Assembly (NCBI RefSeq): GCF_036321535.1
Contig: NC_087437.1
Location: forward strand, 69,814,001-69,878,000
Direction: 5' to 3'
Length of the DNA stretch: 64,000 nt
DNA from: Camelus dromedarius
Taxonomy: Eukaryota
Below the pieces are notes generated by a model, which saw only the letters and a list, made by a program, of their open reading frames with translations, ran no database searches and was not told the origin of the DNA. This document shows positions 50,576-63,822 of the stretch, in pieces. Position 1 is the stretch's first letter; the number at the start of each line of letters is the position of its first letter. Both the position numbers and the translations under genes were made by a program.

Positions 50576-53529
50576 GAATGTCTATGTCAAGCAACCGTCA
50601 GAATCTTCTATTTTTACCCCACTGCCTCCTGAGTTTGGAGATAATTGGGGCTATCCCACACATATGACCAAGAATCCCTTTCTCAAATTCCAAAATGCAC
50701 AGACATGATCAACCCAAGACGTGAGACCGGGAAGAGATCATCACACCATGACCTTTCGTAGCCATGGAAACCAAGACCTGGAGAGTGAGATAACCAGTGA
50801 TAGAGCGGGTGCTAGACCTCCTCACCTCCTGTGTTTTCCTTTGAGTCCCTAGGCCACAGACAATGAGCAGGCTGAAATCGGGACAAAGTAGAGAGCTGAA
50901 TTAGATCAGGAGTGTCAAAAGGCCTGCTCTGGCCAAAGGCACTTGGAGGTCTCTTTATTATCCTTCCATTCTGGGCCTGAAAGACCCAGATTAGCAGACT
51001 AGATTGCTCCTCTGTTACATTTCAATCATAGACAGTGGGTTTGGTGCTGCTGGGTAGTTTGTGTGGAATCATGAAAAGCAGAAAAGCATAGCCTGGAAAA
51101 AGAAGATTACATTTTTTTTCTTTGCCCCAGAAGCAAAATTCCCAAATTAGGCATAATGTCATTGCATACTATTATATGCAATGTAAACACAAATTAACTT
51201 CCACTATTTTATCACAATGACTAAGTTATAGGATGTGTATTGTCTTCTGTAAAGTTTTGGAACATGTGAAGGCACAGATAGCCTTGGTCCAGGAGAAATC
51301 TCATCCTGTAGGCACATACTGGATCTCTGTACAGCGTTCTGCACACAATATTTGACACAGTTTAAGAGGAAAAGAACATTTATACAGAGAAAAGGTAGTG
51401 AAGTTTATAGTGCTATATATATACTTGGAATACAGACCTGTTCAATAAACTCTTTCAAGACAATAAGCTTAGCTTGTTTGGTTAGTGTTGCTTTGTTTTA
51501 ATTTTCAAGGATAATATTGATTTCCATATATTCACATAAATTTACATCCTGAGGAAAAGCAAGTATTTTTAATACAATAAATTCATTAGTAGAAATTATT
51601 TCATCTCATTCTTTTTGTTACATCTAAGGTAACACAGGCTTTTAAAATAAGGAACCACTGAACTCCCATATTCTTTAAATGTAAGCACAGAATGGTACAG
51701 CTGTGTTGCACTGTATGCATTTCTGGAAAGTGGACTTGGTATTATTTTCCCCCAAGAAACCACCAATTTCCACATCTGTTCTTTGCAGCAATGGATATAA
51801 TTACCATGATGCTGTTTGTAGACACATGACCCTCTGAAGGGGCAGTGGTTAAACATCTGTAAACAGGAATAAACATCATATTGTGTCTCTTCCTCAAGTA
51901 ATTTGAGCAATTTTTTGCTGGAGGAAAAAGAAAACCATCTTCTGTCCAGTCAGCGTTCAGCAGTATCTGCCTTTCTGAGAGTGTGTGACTGTGTGAGACT
52001 GCTTTTGCCCCCAGGAAGGCAGATTTTGCTGAAGCACTCTTTTGACTCCAGAACGTAGTATTCAAATAAAACAGGGCTTAAAAAAAAAAAAAAAAAAAGA
52101 CTAGGAGAGAGATGTGCTGAAGTAGTATTGGATTTGTGGTCATTTTCTCAGATCATCCTGGGAAGAACTGGGCTCTTCAGTAAGGAGAGTTTATATTTCC
52201 TAAGTGTCTTTCTCTAGAGAAGAACTTTTCAGATAAACTCTTGTAATTTACTGTTTCATCCACTGTAGGTGGATAAGTGGACAAGTATATGACTTGCTTA
52301 AAGTCATACTAAAAACGAATGTAACAGTCAGTGTTCAAATGACTTTGTACTTTGCTCTGAGCACCCATTCTGCTTTGTACAGATAGTGGCCAACTGATAC
52401 ACTAAAACAATGAATACATGAGAGATAGACTATTTTACATCAGAGCAAATCACTTCAAACTAATGAGTTTTGAACTGAGTTTTCCAGCCTTAAGAGTGGC
52501 AGGATTCTCTTATTGTGGAAGCAATGCATCCATGCTTAAATGTAGTAGATGTGGGGTAGAGGGAAGAACCGACAGGGGAGAAATGGAGAGTGGTATTTCC
52601 TCCCTACTATCGTTCTGTATATTTTGGAAACTATTCTTCAGGGCTAATTTTAAAATTTCAAATGTTAAGTGTCTGAAAAGTGAGAAATCAATCTTTTTTT
52701 ATGGGAAAAATGTCTAAAAAGTAAAAAGTGAATCTAGTTTTTCATGGGAAAAATATATTAAACATGAACAGGGCAAAAACTGTTATTTTATACTATAATG
52801 GCAACATTTCCATTTGGATGGAATTACCAAACTCTAGGGCCAGTACAAAGTCGGGACTTCAGGGATAAGGCCCAGAGGAAGCAACTTGCATATCTCTAAA
52901 CAAAAGGTTTCAACCAGATGGTCAAGTTCTTTCCAGCTCATTAATTCTAAGAATCTGTAAGCCTTGTCCTGGGAGAAATAGGAGTTTAAGAAGCAGAAGT
53001 TATCTTGGTGAACTAATGGCATAAAACACAAAGTAAGAGCAGAAACTATTCTTCAAATCTTTTTCTTGACAATGGAAAAGCTGCATTATGTTTTGGTCAA
53101 TAAAAAGTAAGAAACTACATACTCCCTGACATAAGTATTCTCCCAAATGGGGTGTAGATGTCCAGTTTTTGATTTTTAGCTCACCCTTACCTTTCCTTGG
53201 GGTATCTGCATAACCTAATCTGACTCTAGATCCTTCAACTTGCCTCATAAAGTTTTTGACTGGTCACTTGCTCTATCAAGGGCTCCTAATAGCAGGACAC
53301 ATTCAGTGCAAACATGTATAAAATTGTACAGAACCCACTATTAGTAATATTAGAGAAAACCTCCTATCAGTAAATTTATTAGCAGCCGTCTTGCTTCAGA
53401 TAGTGGTCTGAACCATAATGAAATCTTCGTATCTACTAATTTTCATCAAAATTTGTCAACTCTTAAAAAAAATGACCACAATGAGAGAGATAGATGCAAA
53501 ATATTATCAACTTAGTTGAAACATCTTAA

Positions 53530-54210
53530 CATTAAAAATCATTTATTGAACACTGGGTAGTAATCAGAAATACAGAGATGTAAAAAATGCAGTTGTTGCC
53601 TTCAAAATATCTATGATTTATGCATGGTAACAAGAAATAAAATTAGAGGATTACATAGGTAACAAACTAGCATATATTCAGAATTAAATGCATAGTACAG
53701 TTAATGTGCACTTTAGAAATTAAGATGAGACAATCATCACCGAGACTGGAAGAATCAACAGAAAGGGGGAAGTTCAAAAGGAAAGATGGATTTAGAGAAA
53801 GGTGATGGCTCACTTTCAATTATAAACATTTGGAAGGGGGAATCCAACTAGCGATATCCAGTAAGAAGCATTTTGTACAGGAAATATAACCTGAGAGTTA
53901 TATTCATGGAAAGTTGATAGTTGAAGCTATAAAGGTGGAGAAGATTTCTAATTAAAATTAGAGGTAAAAGGTCAGAAAGATTAAGCTCTTGTTCTGGGGA
54001 ATATCTGCATTTAGAAGACAAAATTAGAAGGTTGATCTAGTGAAAGCTAGCCTAGACAAGGAGTAAGAATTGAAAGGGGCCAGAGTAGGAACCAAGAGAA
54101 GAGAGAATTGGTACCAAAAAGGGGTGTCCAGCAGAGTCCAACTAGGTTAAAATGTTAAGTGAAGACTGAGAAAAGGACTTTGGAAATGGAAATGAAGAGG
54201 TCACTGCAGG
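53530..54210 (-). mobile_element. Degraded LINE-2 fragment
   Basis: catttattgaacact...gttgccttcaaaatatcta...; gggtgtccagcagagtccaa...gttaagtgaagactgagaaaagg...gaagaggtcactg. Confidence 0.5.
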
Positions 54211-54490
54211 GGAGGGGGTACCGAGTACACGTGCTTAAAAAAAAGCAAGGCCAGATAAAAATGGAGAAAATTACTATGGTCTTTTGAATATATCATATAC
54301 TGGTAGAAGGAAAGAGAGAAACTAAAACCTTCCATTTCTGCTTTGGTAAATAAAGTGGAATGTAGAGAAAGGAGAGAAAAATACACAATTTACATATGAA
54401 ATGAGCTTAGGATATGTTTACTCTTGACAGTGTCTGATTCAATGCTGTGGCACTCAGTGCGGACTCCTTCTCACCCTGGGTAACTGGTAA

Positions 54491-54593
54491 TAATATATAT
54501 ATTTTACATATATATACACACATACATATATATACATATATATATATATATTTTTTATATATATACACACATACATATATATATATATTTTTT
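54491..54593. repeat. (TA)/(CA) compound microsatellite with a duplicated higher-order unit
   Basis: The block tttta(c/t)atatata..cacacatacatatatata occurs twice. Confidence 0.85.
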
Positions 54594-56049
54594 GCCAAAC
54601 AAACCAAAAAACCCAAACAATAAAACAAACTAAAAACTAATTAGATAATTTTCAATACCAAGCCTAACTTTTCAAACAAAATAAAACAACAGCTCTTTTG
54701 TGAGTATGCCTCTGTGTGTGTGTATGTGAGCAGGAGAGAGGGAGAGACAGAGGAACTGAGCCTTCACCTGGCAGGAAACTCAGTGCTACAGTTGACCGAA
54801 CTCCATCACTTAGGCCTATGCTTCCCTATTGCGGGCTTCTCGATATATGAGTCCCAAATAATAAAAGGTATCCCAGTGTGGCAGAATTGGATTTTAGTTT
54901 CTTCCGCACTCTTTATTTCCCCTTTACTCTTCATGAGGAGTAAGGCTAGATTAAGAAACAGTGACTATTTTTGATACATAACAATGTATCAAAGTTAGGT
55001 TACAAGAGGTAGTCAAGGCTAGCAAGCAAATGTCAGTTGCTCTTCTGTAGGTACAGCTTTTGAAAGCTTTAGGGACCAAATCTCTGAAGCTTCTAAAGCT
55101 GATCTTCTAGAACAGAACACGGTGCAATGCACGGAACCATAAAGATCTAACGTCCCGCCTGAGGTCCAGGTTGGAACTGGGCGGGGGAGGGGGGGGACGA
55201 AAGGGGAGAAAGTGGGTGTGGGGAAGGGAAAAGAAAGGGGACCCAAAGAAAGAAAGGGGCGCCCAGATGCCTTCCTGAAGCAAACTCTTAATGGACTGGA
55301 AGAAAAGTAAGTGGAAAAAATAAGTGGTTTACATCAACTTGTAAACTTCACGTCAGCACGTGATCAGTATTGAGGTTTCCTTTTTGGTTACAGGCATATC
55401 TTAATGCTTTCCCAGATATTATGGATCTAACCACAAGCTCTTGCACGTTTATGCTGGCATGAGTTTTACTCTCTTTCTCACAGAAATATACCTCGTGAAG
55501 AGGGCACTGGGAGGGGCGTGAAGATTAAAATGTCCACAGGATGAGAGACATTGGAGCTTCTTACTAGTTTCCTCAATTAGACAGTATTTTCAGGATGGCT
55601 GCACTTCCCAATAAGGCCCTGGCTCCTGCATTCGCAGGCATAAGTATCATGTGAGGAGCTTGTAAAAGAGGTCTTGCCACTGGAAGCCTTCATTTTTAAA
55701 AGCCCCTCTAGGTGATCCATAACCCGCTTGGGAATGTGCTGCTTTTGCTGCTTAGTAAACTCCCCTGAAGGTGTTTGTTTCTCCGTTTTCACTCTGAGCA
55801 GCTGACCAAAGTTCTTCACTGAGAAAAAAAAGGGAAGGGGGTTCAAAATTTGGGCAAGATATCCTAAACATACCATCCCAATTCAACAAACCTCTCATCC
55901 ATTTCTTTCTCCTTTCTATTTCAAAGGGATATTATTTTTCTGCAAGGAACCCTCTTGAAATCTAATTTGAACCCATCCTCTCACTAATGTGAACATTTAT
56001 TTCCCCCTTTAGCCTTTCCACCTACCCTTCTCAATTCTTCCCTCTGCTT

Positions 56050-56720
56050 AACACAGGTCTCTCCCTAGCTTGAAAAATAGCACCCTTTTGCTACAGTCTC
56101 ACTTCTTTTATTCAGTGCCCCAATTTTTAAATGTGTGGTTTCTGCCAACTGTCTGCATTTCTCCACCTCAGTACCTCCTAAACCCCTACAAACTGGCTTT
56201 CATCCTCATCACTCTACTAAGTTGTTCACCGGGAGGTTATTGATGGTCATCCTACATTCAGTGGTCTATTCTCTATTCTCATCTGTCTTATCACTCTGCT
56301 TTACTAGCGTTCACCATTCTGTTTTGAAGATTTCTCCTGACCGGCTTCTCTGATTCTCTATGCTAGTTCTTTTCCTAGTTGATCTTTCTGTTTCTTTTAA
56401 TGAAGTATCTTCTGCCATTGAAGGGTGCGTAAACCCTCCCTTCAATGCTTCGCTTTCGAACTCCCCCTCGACTGAAGCCCAGGAAAATGACTAAGCTTTC
56501 AGCCATGCTCTGAGTCACTTGCACCTGGTCTCTCTCCCGCCACTTCCAAATCTTCCATTAGGCATTTCTTTCTGGATGCCTCATTCATACTGATCACAAT
56601 GGAAATTAAAACCATTGCCTTCCTTATCAAACCAGCTCTTCCTTTCAAGTGTGTTCATTCTGCCAAGGGGACTTCCACTCCACTATCTAAGCTGGAACTC
56701 TTACAATCATATTTCATTTC
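56050..56720 (+). mobile_element. Degraded LINE-2 fragment
   Basis: cctaaacccctacaaactggctttcatcctcatcactctactaa...; ggcatttctttctggatgcctcat. Confidence 0.5.
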
Positions 56721-58719
56721 TCTACCTATCACAGAGCAAACTGGGGGGATTGGCATGGCTTGTAGAGTTCATTGGGTTTGAAATGGAATGATGTAGGAGT
56801 TCCATGCTAGAGGTAATGTCTGAGACTAGAGAGGAGGGCAGGCCTGAGAGCCCAGTGGCTAGGGATCCCCCATCTCAGAGGCCAAGGGGGAATACTTGAT
56901 AAGGTCCACCTGAAGGGGTCAGAAGTAGAAAATAAGGGTGGGCTAGAGAGCTAGCACTCCAAGAACCAGGGCAATGAAAATGAAAAGCAAATAGATCTGC
57001 AGCAGGACTGGTAGTAATTGCCTAAAACCAGGACTGCTTTATGACTTGCTTGTCATACTGCCCATACCACACATCACTTGGTCAGAGAAATGAAAAGGGC
57101 TGCAGAGCACATGTATCCAGAGACTTTTCTTCATGTCCCATAGGCACTGAGAATGCTCCATTTTTGTCAAAAGTTCTGTAATTAGCTTTACATTTCAATG
57201 CCAGTTGTAAACTCCCTAGTTCAAGGCTTTATTTGTTCATTCTTATTTTGTTAAAAATAACCACTTACCTTGCCTTCCTGTCTCCAGTCTCCCCATGCAA
57301 TCCTGCACAAATACCAAGTACGTACCATAAAGACCTCTCTCATTATGTCACTCCCTTAGTCAAAATCTGCTAAAGGCACAAATTTCTTACCACAGCAGGC
57401 TAATTTTTTTTTTTTTTTTTTTGGCTAAGCCTCATCTGCACTCCTATTTTGCCCCTATCTCTTACCATCGAACACTCACTTTCTTCAGGATGGTCCCCTC
57501 AAGGCCCCACAAGCCTGGGTCGTCCCACTTAGCTAGAATACTGTCTTTTCTCCTCATCTTAAACACTCTCCTGCCTTCCCCACCCTTAAAGCCCTCATGC
57601 TCCTCTGCCTCCTCCAGTGACCCCTCACTAATCTCTTACAGCACCCGTATCCTTTAATTACAGACTTCCTTGTTTTGTTTTCATGAGTGTTATTCTTTAG
57701 TTCATATGTATTTCTTAAACATCAGTCTTCTTTCCCCTTGTTGATGGTGGGGTTTATATTCCCCTTCCCATCACAATATGTCCCATGGTACGTGTTAGTA
57801 ACAGAGTTAGGTCCACAGTAGGGGTTCAGGAAATATAAGTTAGTTGTGTAGTTTCCTGGAAACAGGCACTTAGCATATAAAACAGGATGAGAAAAGGGCT
57901 TCTGACATACAATATGGCACCTAGTTGCAAATTATTCTCAAAGGAGAGGTCTCTGGTGATTGAGATCTTTCCTGATTATATCTTCTCTATAAGAAACAGC
58001 AATCTACTAACTTAGGACACTGCAAATATTTCTGAGGGGCCACGTTTAATTCAGAATACCTGTAGAGAGCTTCCCCTCCTTTGTCTTAGATTATTTATAT
58101 TTTCTTCCATTTCTTCAGAGTGATTTGAAGCATATGTGTGATCTCCTTCTCATGCTCTTCCATCAGACCCTTTCTGAATCTCCACCTATAGTAGCCAACC
58201 CTGAGTCTTTGCTCCATCATCAAGACACTGTGCAAAGTGTAAATGCTATAACCTTCAGGTCTTGTGCTTCAACCTCTATCCTTGATCAAAGATATGGGTT
58301 AATTGAGCCTTTCTTGGCTCTGAAAGGAAGAAAGGAAGGAAGGGAAAAAGGAAGAAAGAAAAAAAGGAAAAAGCAATGTCCCAGTACAGTAACAGTTAGT
58401 TGTATAAGCAAAGCAAACCTGGGAAGAGAAGCTTTGGAAGTTTCCACTGTGCATATAAACAGTTGGCGTAAGCAGAGATGCTTGCAGGAAGAATCTTTAT
58501 AGGTCACAAATGTTGGACAGATTGGTGGCCTAGGCCAGACAATCTGTTTATCCAAGGCTGACTTACCCTTGGCTCTGAGTTTCTGGACCCTGACAGTGAG
58601 GGAATATTAGGAGAATCTTAAATCATGGTTTAAGAATATTCTTATCAAGAGGCATAATCTAGTATGTTTTGATTTTAGTAGCACATTTTTAGTTAGTTTA
58701 GTGTTTAATTTCTTATAAT

Positions 58720-59078
58720 TATTATTATTATTATTTTATGGAAGTGTAGTCAGTTTACAATGTTGTGTCAATTTCTAGTGTACAGAATGTTTCAGTCATA
58801 CATATACATACATATATTTGTTTTCATACTCTTTTTCATTATAGGTTACAAGATGTTGAATATAGTTCCCTGTGCTATACAGTAGGATGTTGTTGTTTAT
58901 CTATTTTATATATAGTAGTTAGTATATGCAAATCTTGAACTCCCAGTTAATCGCTTCCCACCCTCTTACCCCCCGGTAACCACAAGTTTGTTTCCTATGT
59001 CTGTGGGTCTGTTTCTGTTGTGTAAATAAGTTCATTTGTGTCTTTTTTTTAAAGATTCCATGTAAGAGTGGTATCACA
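58720..59078 (-). mobile_element. L1 3' end fragment, same sense as GAP43
   Basis: Reverse complement of the L1 3' UTR seen at 1410..1740 (gtttacaatgttgtgtcaatttc, ttccctgtgctatacagta, aaccacaagtttg, agattcca). Tail is (TTA)n. No TSD found. Confidence 0.9.
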
Positions 59079-61159
59079 GTTCTAAGTGACAACTGACCAT
59101 TCTAGAAATCTCAAAAATCCTTAAAATTCCATAGTTTAGGTTTTGTGTGTATATCTATATATTTGCATGCCATTTTAATTTTTATTTTGTGGGAACTCTT
59201 AATACCTAAATTCTTGCCAATGCCAAATGCTGAAAGCCTCAAGAAATGTTTTTCTTGAGATATTTCAAAGCATCTTACAAATGTAGGAACTTTGTTTTAA
59301 CACTGTAGATTTATTCCAAAGCTTGATTTTTCTGTGCAAATGGAACTAAACCAAGCTGATGAGGCTTCACTGATGAAGGAGGGAAAGTGTTCTGAAACAC
59401 ATTAAGAGGTTTGGGAATATTTCTTGTGGCAACAAGAGACTGAAACTCATTGGGTTACAAATATCCCAACTTGGTATTCAGCTCACATCTCTGGAGGATC
59501 AGGGAGAATGGCCAGGCACAGTGAAGTCAGACAGGGCTCAAGACAAGAAGACAAAGGTGAAAAGAGTTCACTAAATGAACTGTGCAGATTTTCAAGTGTT
59601 GGACTTGGATTTCAAGGATTCTGCATCTGACTTTTTGAATGATGAGGGGGAAGCAAAGTTTTGGTTGGGCCCTACTACCCTTTGAAGTGAGGTTACCCTG
59701 CTTTCTCTTGTTTAAGGAGGCTTGTCAATGAATAGCAACAACACACAAAATGTTGGAGCTACTTCAGGGACGGCTGATCTCCAACTGAACAAGGATGTCA
59801 TGAAGAGGAGTTAATGCATCCTATAGAGGAGACAATCATATGTGATACATATAGATTTTCAGTCTGTATCTTTTAGTTGCTAGTAGGTACTTAATAAATA
59901 TTTCCTAATGCATAAATAAATGATGCCTAGACAAGGTGACTTCTAACATTTCTTTTAACTCAGAGATACTATGAAAGTGATAGATGACCAGCTGATAAAC
60001 CAAAATGACATGGGGGCTGGCCACACACAGACGTTAAAGCTGTCTCTCTCCTGGGAAAGATGAAAGGTTGGAGTAGCTTTTTTAGGCTTTCTGCCTCAAC
60101 AAGACTGTCAGATGGATCCAGGCACGCTGAAGACGCCCCACATCAGCTAAGCTATCACCTCACTTCTGTCTGGAACAAAGCCTCTGATGAAGCTCAGGCT
60201 TCAAGGATGCCAGGGGGATTAGGTTTTGGTTCAGGTCAGGTTGTAACCACAGAATCCAGCGCCTGGCCATTGGCTATTCTTTGCTAATGTACATTCTATT
60301 CTTTAATTCCCACAAATCATATTTTCTCTTAGAATGTTCGAATGTCTTGAGAAGGTTCATTTTTATTGAAATCTTCATGAGATTGTAAGTTACTGATGCT
60401 GAGGAAAGATATATGCAGAATTCTAGCTGCAACCACAACCATGTGGAATACTGGCATACTCAGTAACCATAAAGGATTTTTCTTTTTGCCTTGTAACTGA
60501 AATCTTTTCTAGAAGATCTTGCTGTTTTTATCTTGGAATGTTTTTGCCATGTTGGCTCTTTGAAGATTAACCTGGAATGCAAATGACGGAGCGATGGATG
60601 GTCTATCTTATTCAATGTTTTAGAATGCCTCCTGGTGTCTGACTTATTGCTACAGGTTTGTTATCCTTTCTCAACCAGTGTTTGAACTCCTCCCACTCTC
60701 ACCCATTCATCACCCTGATAGTCCTGTCCAAAGACTATCAGGTAAAATACAATAATCAGTCAAAGCCAGATGGTGCCAATGGCAAAAGCGAGCATTTCCC
60801 CTTACAGTGCCTGCAACAAATAAATAAATAATATCATCGCATCTGACAACTTAATGAGTATAAATTTACCACAGCAGGAAAATCCTCCCCAAATATTTAA
60901 ACAATTAAAATGTAAAAGGAGAGATAAACAAGCATTTTGTAGTGGTGAGGCAGGACCAAATTCCTCTTTCATTACTCTTAGCAAATCTACTCTATCACAT
61001 ATTTAGACTGACAGACAGGCAAAAAGAAATATACGGGATGCTGCTGGTCGAGATTAAGGGACAGAAGTCAAGAACATGGAAGAAGGTGGAATGAATGTAT
61101 TAGTGATAGCATATTTTTAGCTTATTGTTATTATTACATCTGAGCAGAATTTAAAGTCG

Positions 61160-61540
61160 TTTATTCATTCAGGAACTATTTATTGATCATCTCATATTGC
61201 CAGCCACTCCACTAGGTGTCAGGAAATATCAGTGATTAAAAGAGTCAGGGAACCCCCATGAAGTTTACATGCCACTGGTGTTAGCAGATAATAGTAAATA
61301 AATATCTTGGGTGGATACAAGGGCTAGTGAGAAGAATGAAAGCGAATAAAATGGGAGAGAAAGGGAGTGTGGGGTGGGGTCTGCTTTATATAGGATGATA
61401 AGAGAAAGCCTCCTTGATGAGATCTACCCAGGTGAGATTTCAGCAGAGCCCTGGCAAGTATGGGTGCAAGTCACGAGAACAAGTGTGAACAAAGCATTTC
61501 AGGCAGAAGGAATAGTGAGTGCAAAAGCCCTGGGGCTGCT
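61160..61540 (-). mobile_element. LINE-2 fragment
   Basis: ttattcattcaggaactatttattgatcatctc...; gcatttcaggcagaaggaatagtgagtgcaaaagccctgggg. Confidence 0.65.
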
Positions 61541-63559
61541 GCAATAATATGCATGAAACATATTAGTAGCTTTGGTCTGATTTTTTAAGTATTGGATTCT
61601 ATGAGTCAGATTTTTACTCGAAAGCATAGAAACTAGACTAAATTAAGATAACATCAGAGCTCACATTATTGATGGGAAGGCCAGAGAACAAGGCTCAAAA
61701 AATAGGAAGGAACCAAGGAATACAAGCTAGACCCAGGAAACAGTCAAGACGAAACCACTGACTGGTTAGGACATCAGTTTGTGGGCACCATAGACACTAG
61801 ACCCCAAATGCCACCATCACGGAGGATAGTTTATAACTGCCATTGCATCTTTGCATCACTCCTTGAAGACTGAAAGTGGCTGAGTCTAGGTCTTGAGATG
61901 CTCGCATTCCAGTTGCCTGGAAGTGATGAGCCTCTCCAGCTTCCACGTGCAAGGCAGCCTCAAATTTCTATTTCTATTTTATTGGCCACATCTGTGAGAT
62001 AGCTAATTATATCTCTGAGTTCCAATGTCCAAGAATCGATGTATATTATCCCTAAAGGCCATTGAGAGCACAGGGTGTACAAAATTTAAATCAGTGACAT
62101 TGATATCTCATTTCTCAGTTAACTGACTGTATGTTCATTAAACCTCAGACATGTATATACACACACACACTACCCAAGATTCAGAAACTAGTCCTTGAGG
62201 ATTTCCTACCTAAAGATATCTTGACATATGATTCACTCACCACTGACACAGCAGCATCATCATCACCAACATCAGTAACAAGCAATAGCTAACACTGAGT
62301 CCTCACCACATGCCAGGTACAGATCTAGGTACTGTACATACATTAAAAATCCTTTGGAGTTGTATTCTTTAAGTCTTAATACCTATCAATGTTCTCTTAT
62401 TCATAAAACTCACCCTCCAGGCCTCCAAGTCAGATTAGATAGTCACAGCTACATGAGAAGAAACACTGGTGTATTCCTACAGTGAAAACATCCCTGAACA
62501 ATTAGGAAAACACACCTGAGAGTAATAAAATTATCCAGGAGCACATCCTAGAATACATACTTTTAAATAGACACAGGTATCTTTACCGCACTATACTGTG
62601 AGCTGCCGTAGGGTAGAGAGTCTTTCTTTTTAAAAGAAAATTATTCCTATATTTTCAGTACTCTGCATAATTTCTGGCTCAGTAGATGATTAATAAATGT
62701 TTATTGAATGAATAAATGACTTCCATATACCATTTGAGGAAAATATTTTCTCCCAATATTAGTCCTGATGACAAAGAGAATTGAAAAATAAGATAAATGA
62801 GTCAAAAAGTGGAAAACACAAAAACTTCTAGTCTTCATTTGATGGCTATTCTTGGAGTATGATGGGATTATTGGCAGCTTGAAATTTATGGCAGCCTGAC
62901 ATTGTGGTGTCTCTGGGTATGTATCAATTGAGAAGTCCAGAACCTTCATGGGAAAATGGTTTTCTACTCCTTAAAGGGTTCTGTTGAGAAAAGAACCCTG
63001 TCCACTGATGAACCACATAAATGCTGACTTCACAAATTTAGAATATTTAGGGATATGCATGTCCAGAGTACAGGGATATGGACCCCTCTGAAAGAAGTAG
63101 CAGTGATACAGGAAGGAAGTCCAGCTCAGCCCTTTCTGAGCTGAATGACCTTCACTTTCCACCATCTACACCATGATAGATTGCACATAGGTCAGTGCTT
63201 CCTAAACTCTGCTCCCTGGGCTTCCTTAGTGGGGCATCAGGGGAGAGAAGGGGGGGCTGACAAGACAGAAGTCTGGGCCACCGAACTCTGCTCTAGCCAA
63301 ACAGAGCCTCTTATCTATCTTATGTATTTGGATTCTGAGAATTATCTGTGACCAAAAGTTCTGTGGCTAAAAAGAAGTCAAGAAAAAAAAAATAAAAGCT
63401 AGATAATCTCTAAGATACCTTTAGCTCTACTAATCAATGATAATTATTACCATCAGGCATACAGTGAAAGAGGATGACAGCTTTTCCCTGGGAGATTAAA
63501 TAAGAAGGCAGTTAGTAGTAAGCATTGTACACGGGTTTGTGAAATCTAAAACAGTGGAC

Positions 63560-63720
63560 GGGAGGGAGGATATACCTCTGTGGTTGAGTGAGTGCTTAGA
63601 ATAAATACACAAGGTCCTGGGTTTAATCCCCAGTACCTCTGTTAAAAATAAATAGATAGGTAAACAAACCTAATTATCCCCTCAAAAAAGAAATAAAAAT
63701 TAAAATAAATAAATAAAAAT
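63560..63720 (+). mobile_element. Diverged tRNA-derived SINE (vic-1-like)
   Basis: ggagggaggatatacctctgtggttgagtg...aaggtcctgggtttaatccccagtacctc...aaacctaattatcccc plus an A-rich tail. TSD aaaa(c/t)agtggac at 63548..63559 and 63721..63732. Confidence 0.82.
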
Positions 63721-63731
63721 AAAATAGTGGA

Positions 63732-63822
63732 CACAACATTGTAAACTGACTATACATCAATCAAAAGAAAAAAAAACCTTAAAAACAAAACAAAGAAACA
63801 CTACAAATAACAAAAATAAAAT
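63732..63822 (+). mobile_element. Very short L1 3'-terminal insertion with A-rich tail
   Basis: cacaacattgtaaactgactatacatcaat matches the ends of the other L1 copies here (35634..35663). It is followed by an A-rich tail and a further copy of the target site. Confidence 0.78.

Noticed and set aside
48641..60742. Short hairpins at 48641..48660, 51160..51183, 59227..59273 and 60714..60742
   Set aside because: Stems of 9-10 bp in AT-rich DNA are expected by chance and are too short for a pre-miRNA.
3184..62805. About ten scattered TGA(G/C)TCA AP-1 heptamers
   Set aside because: Close to chance expectation (roughly 8 per 64 kb), so not informative on their own.
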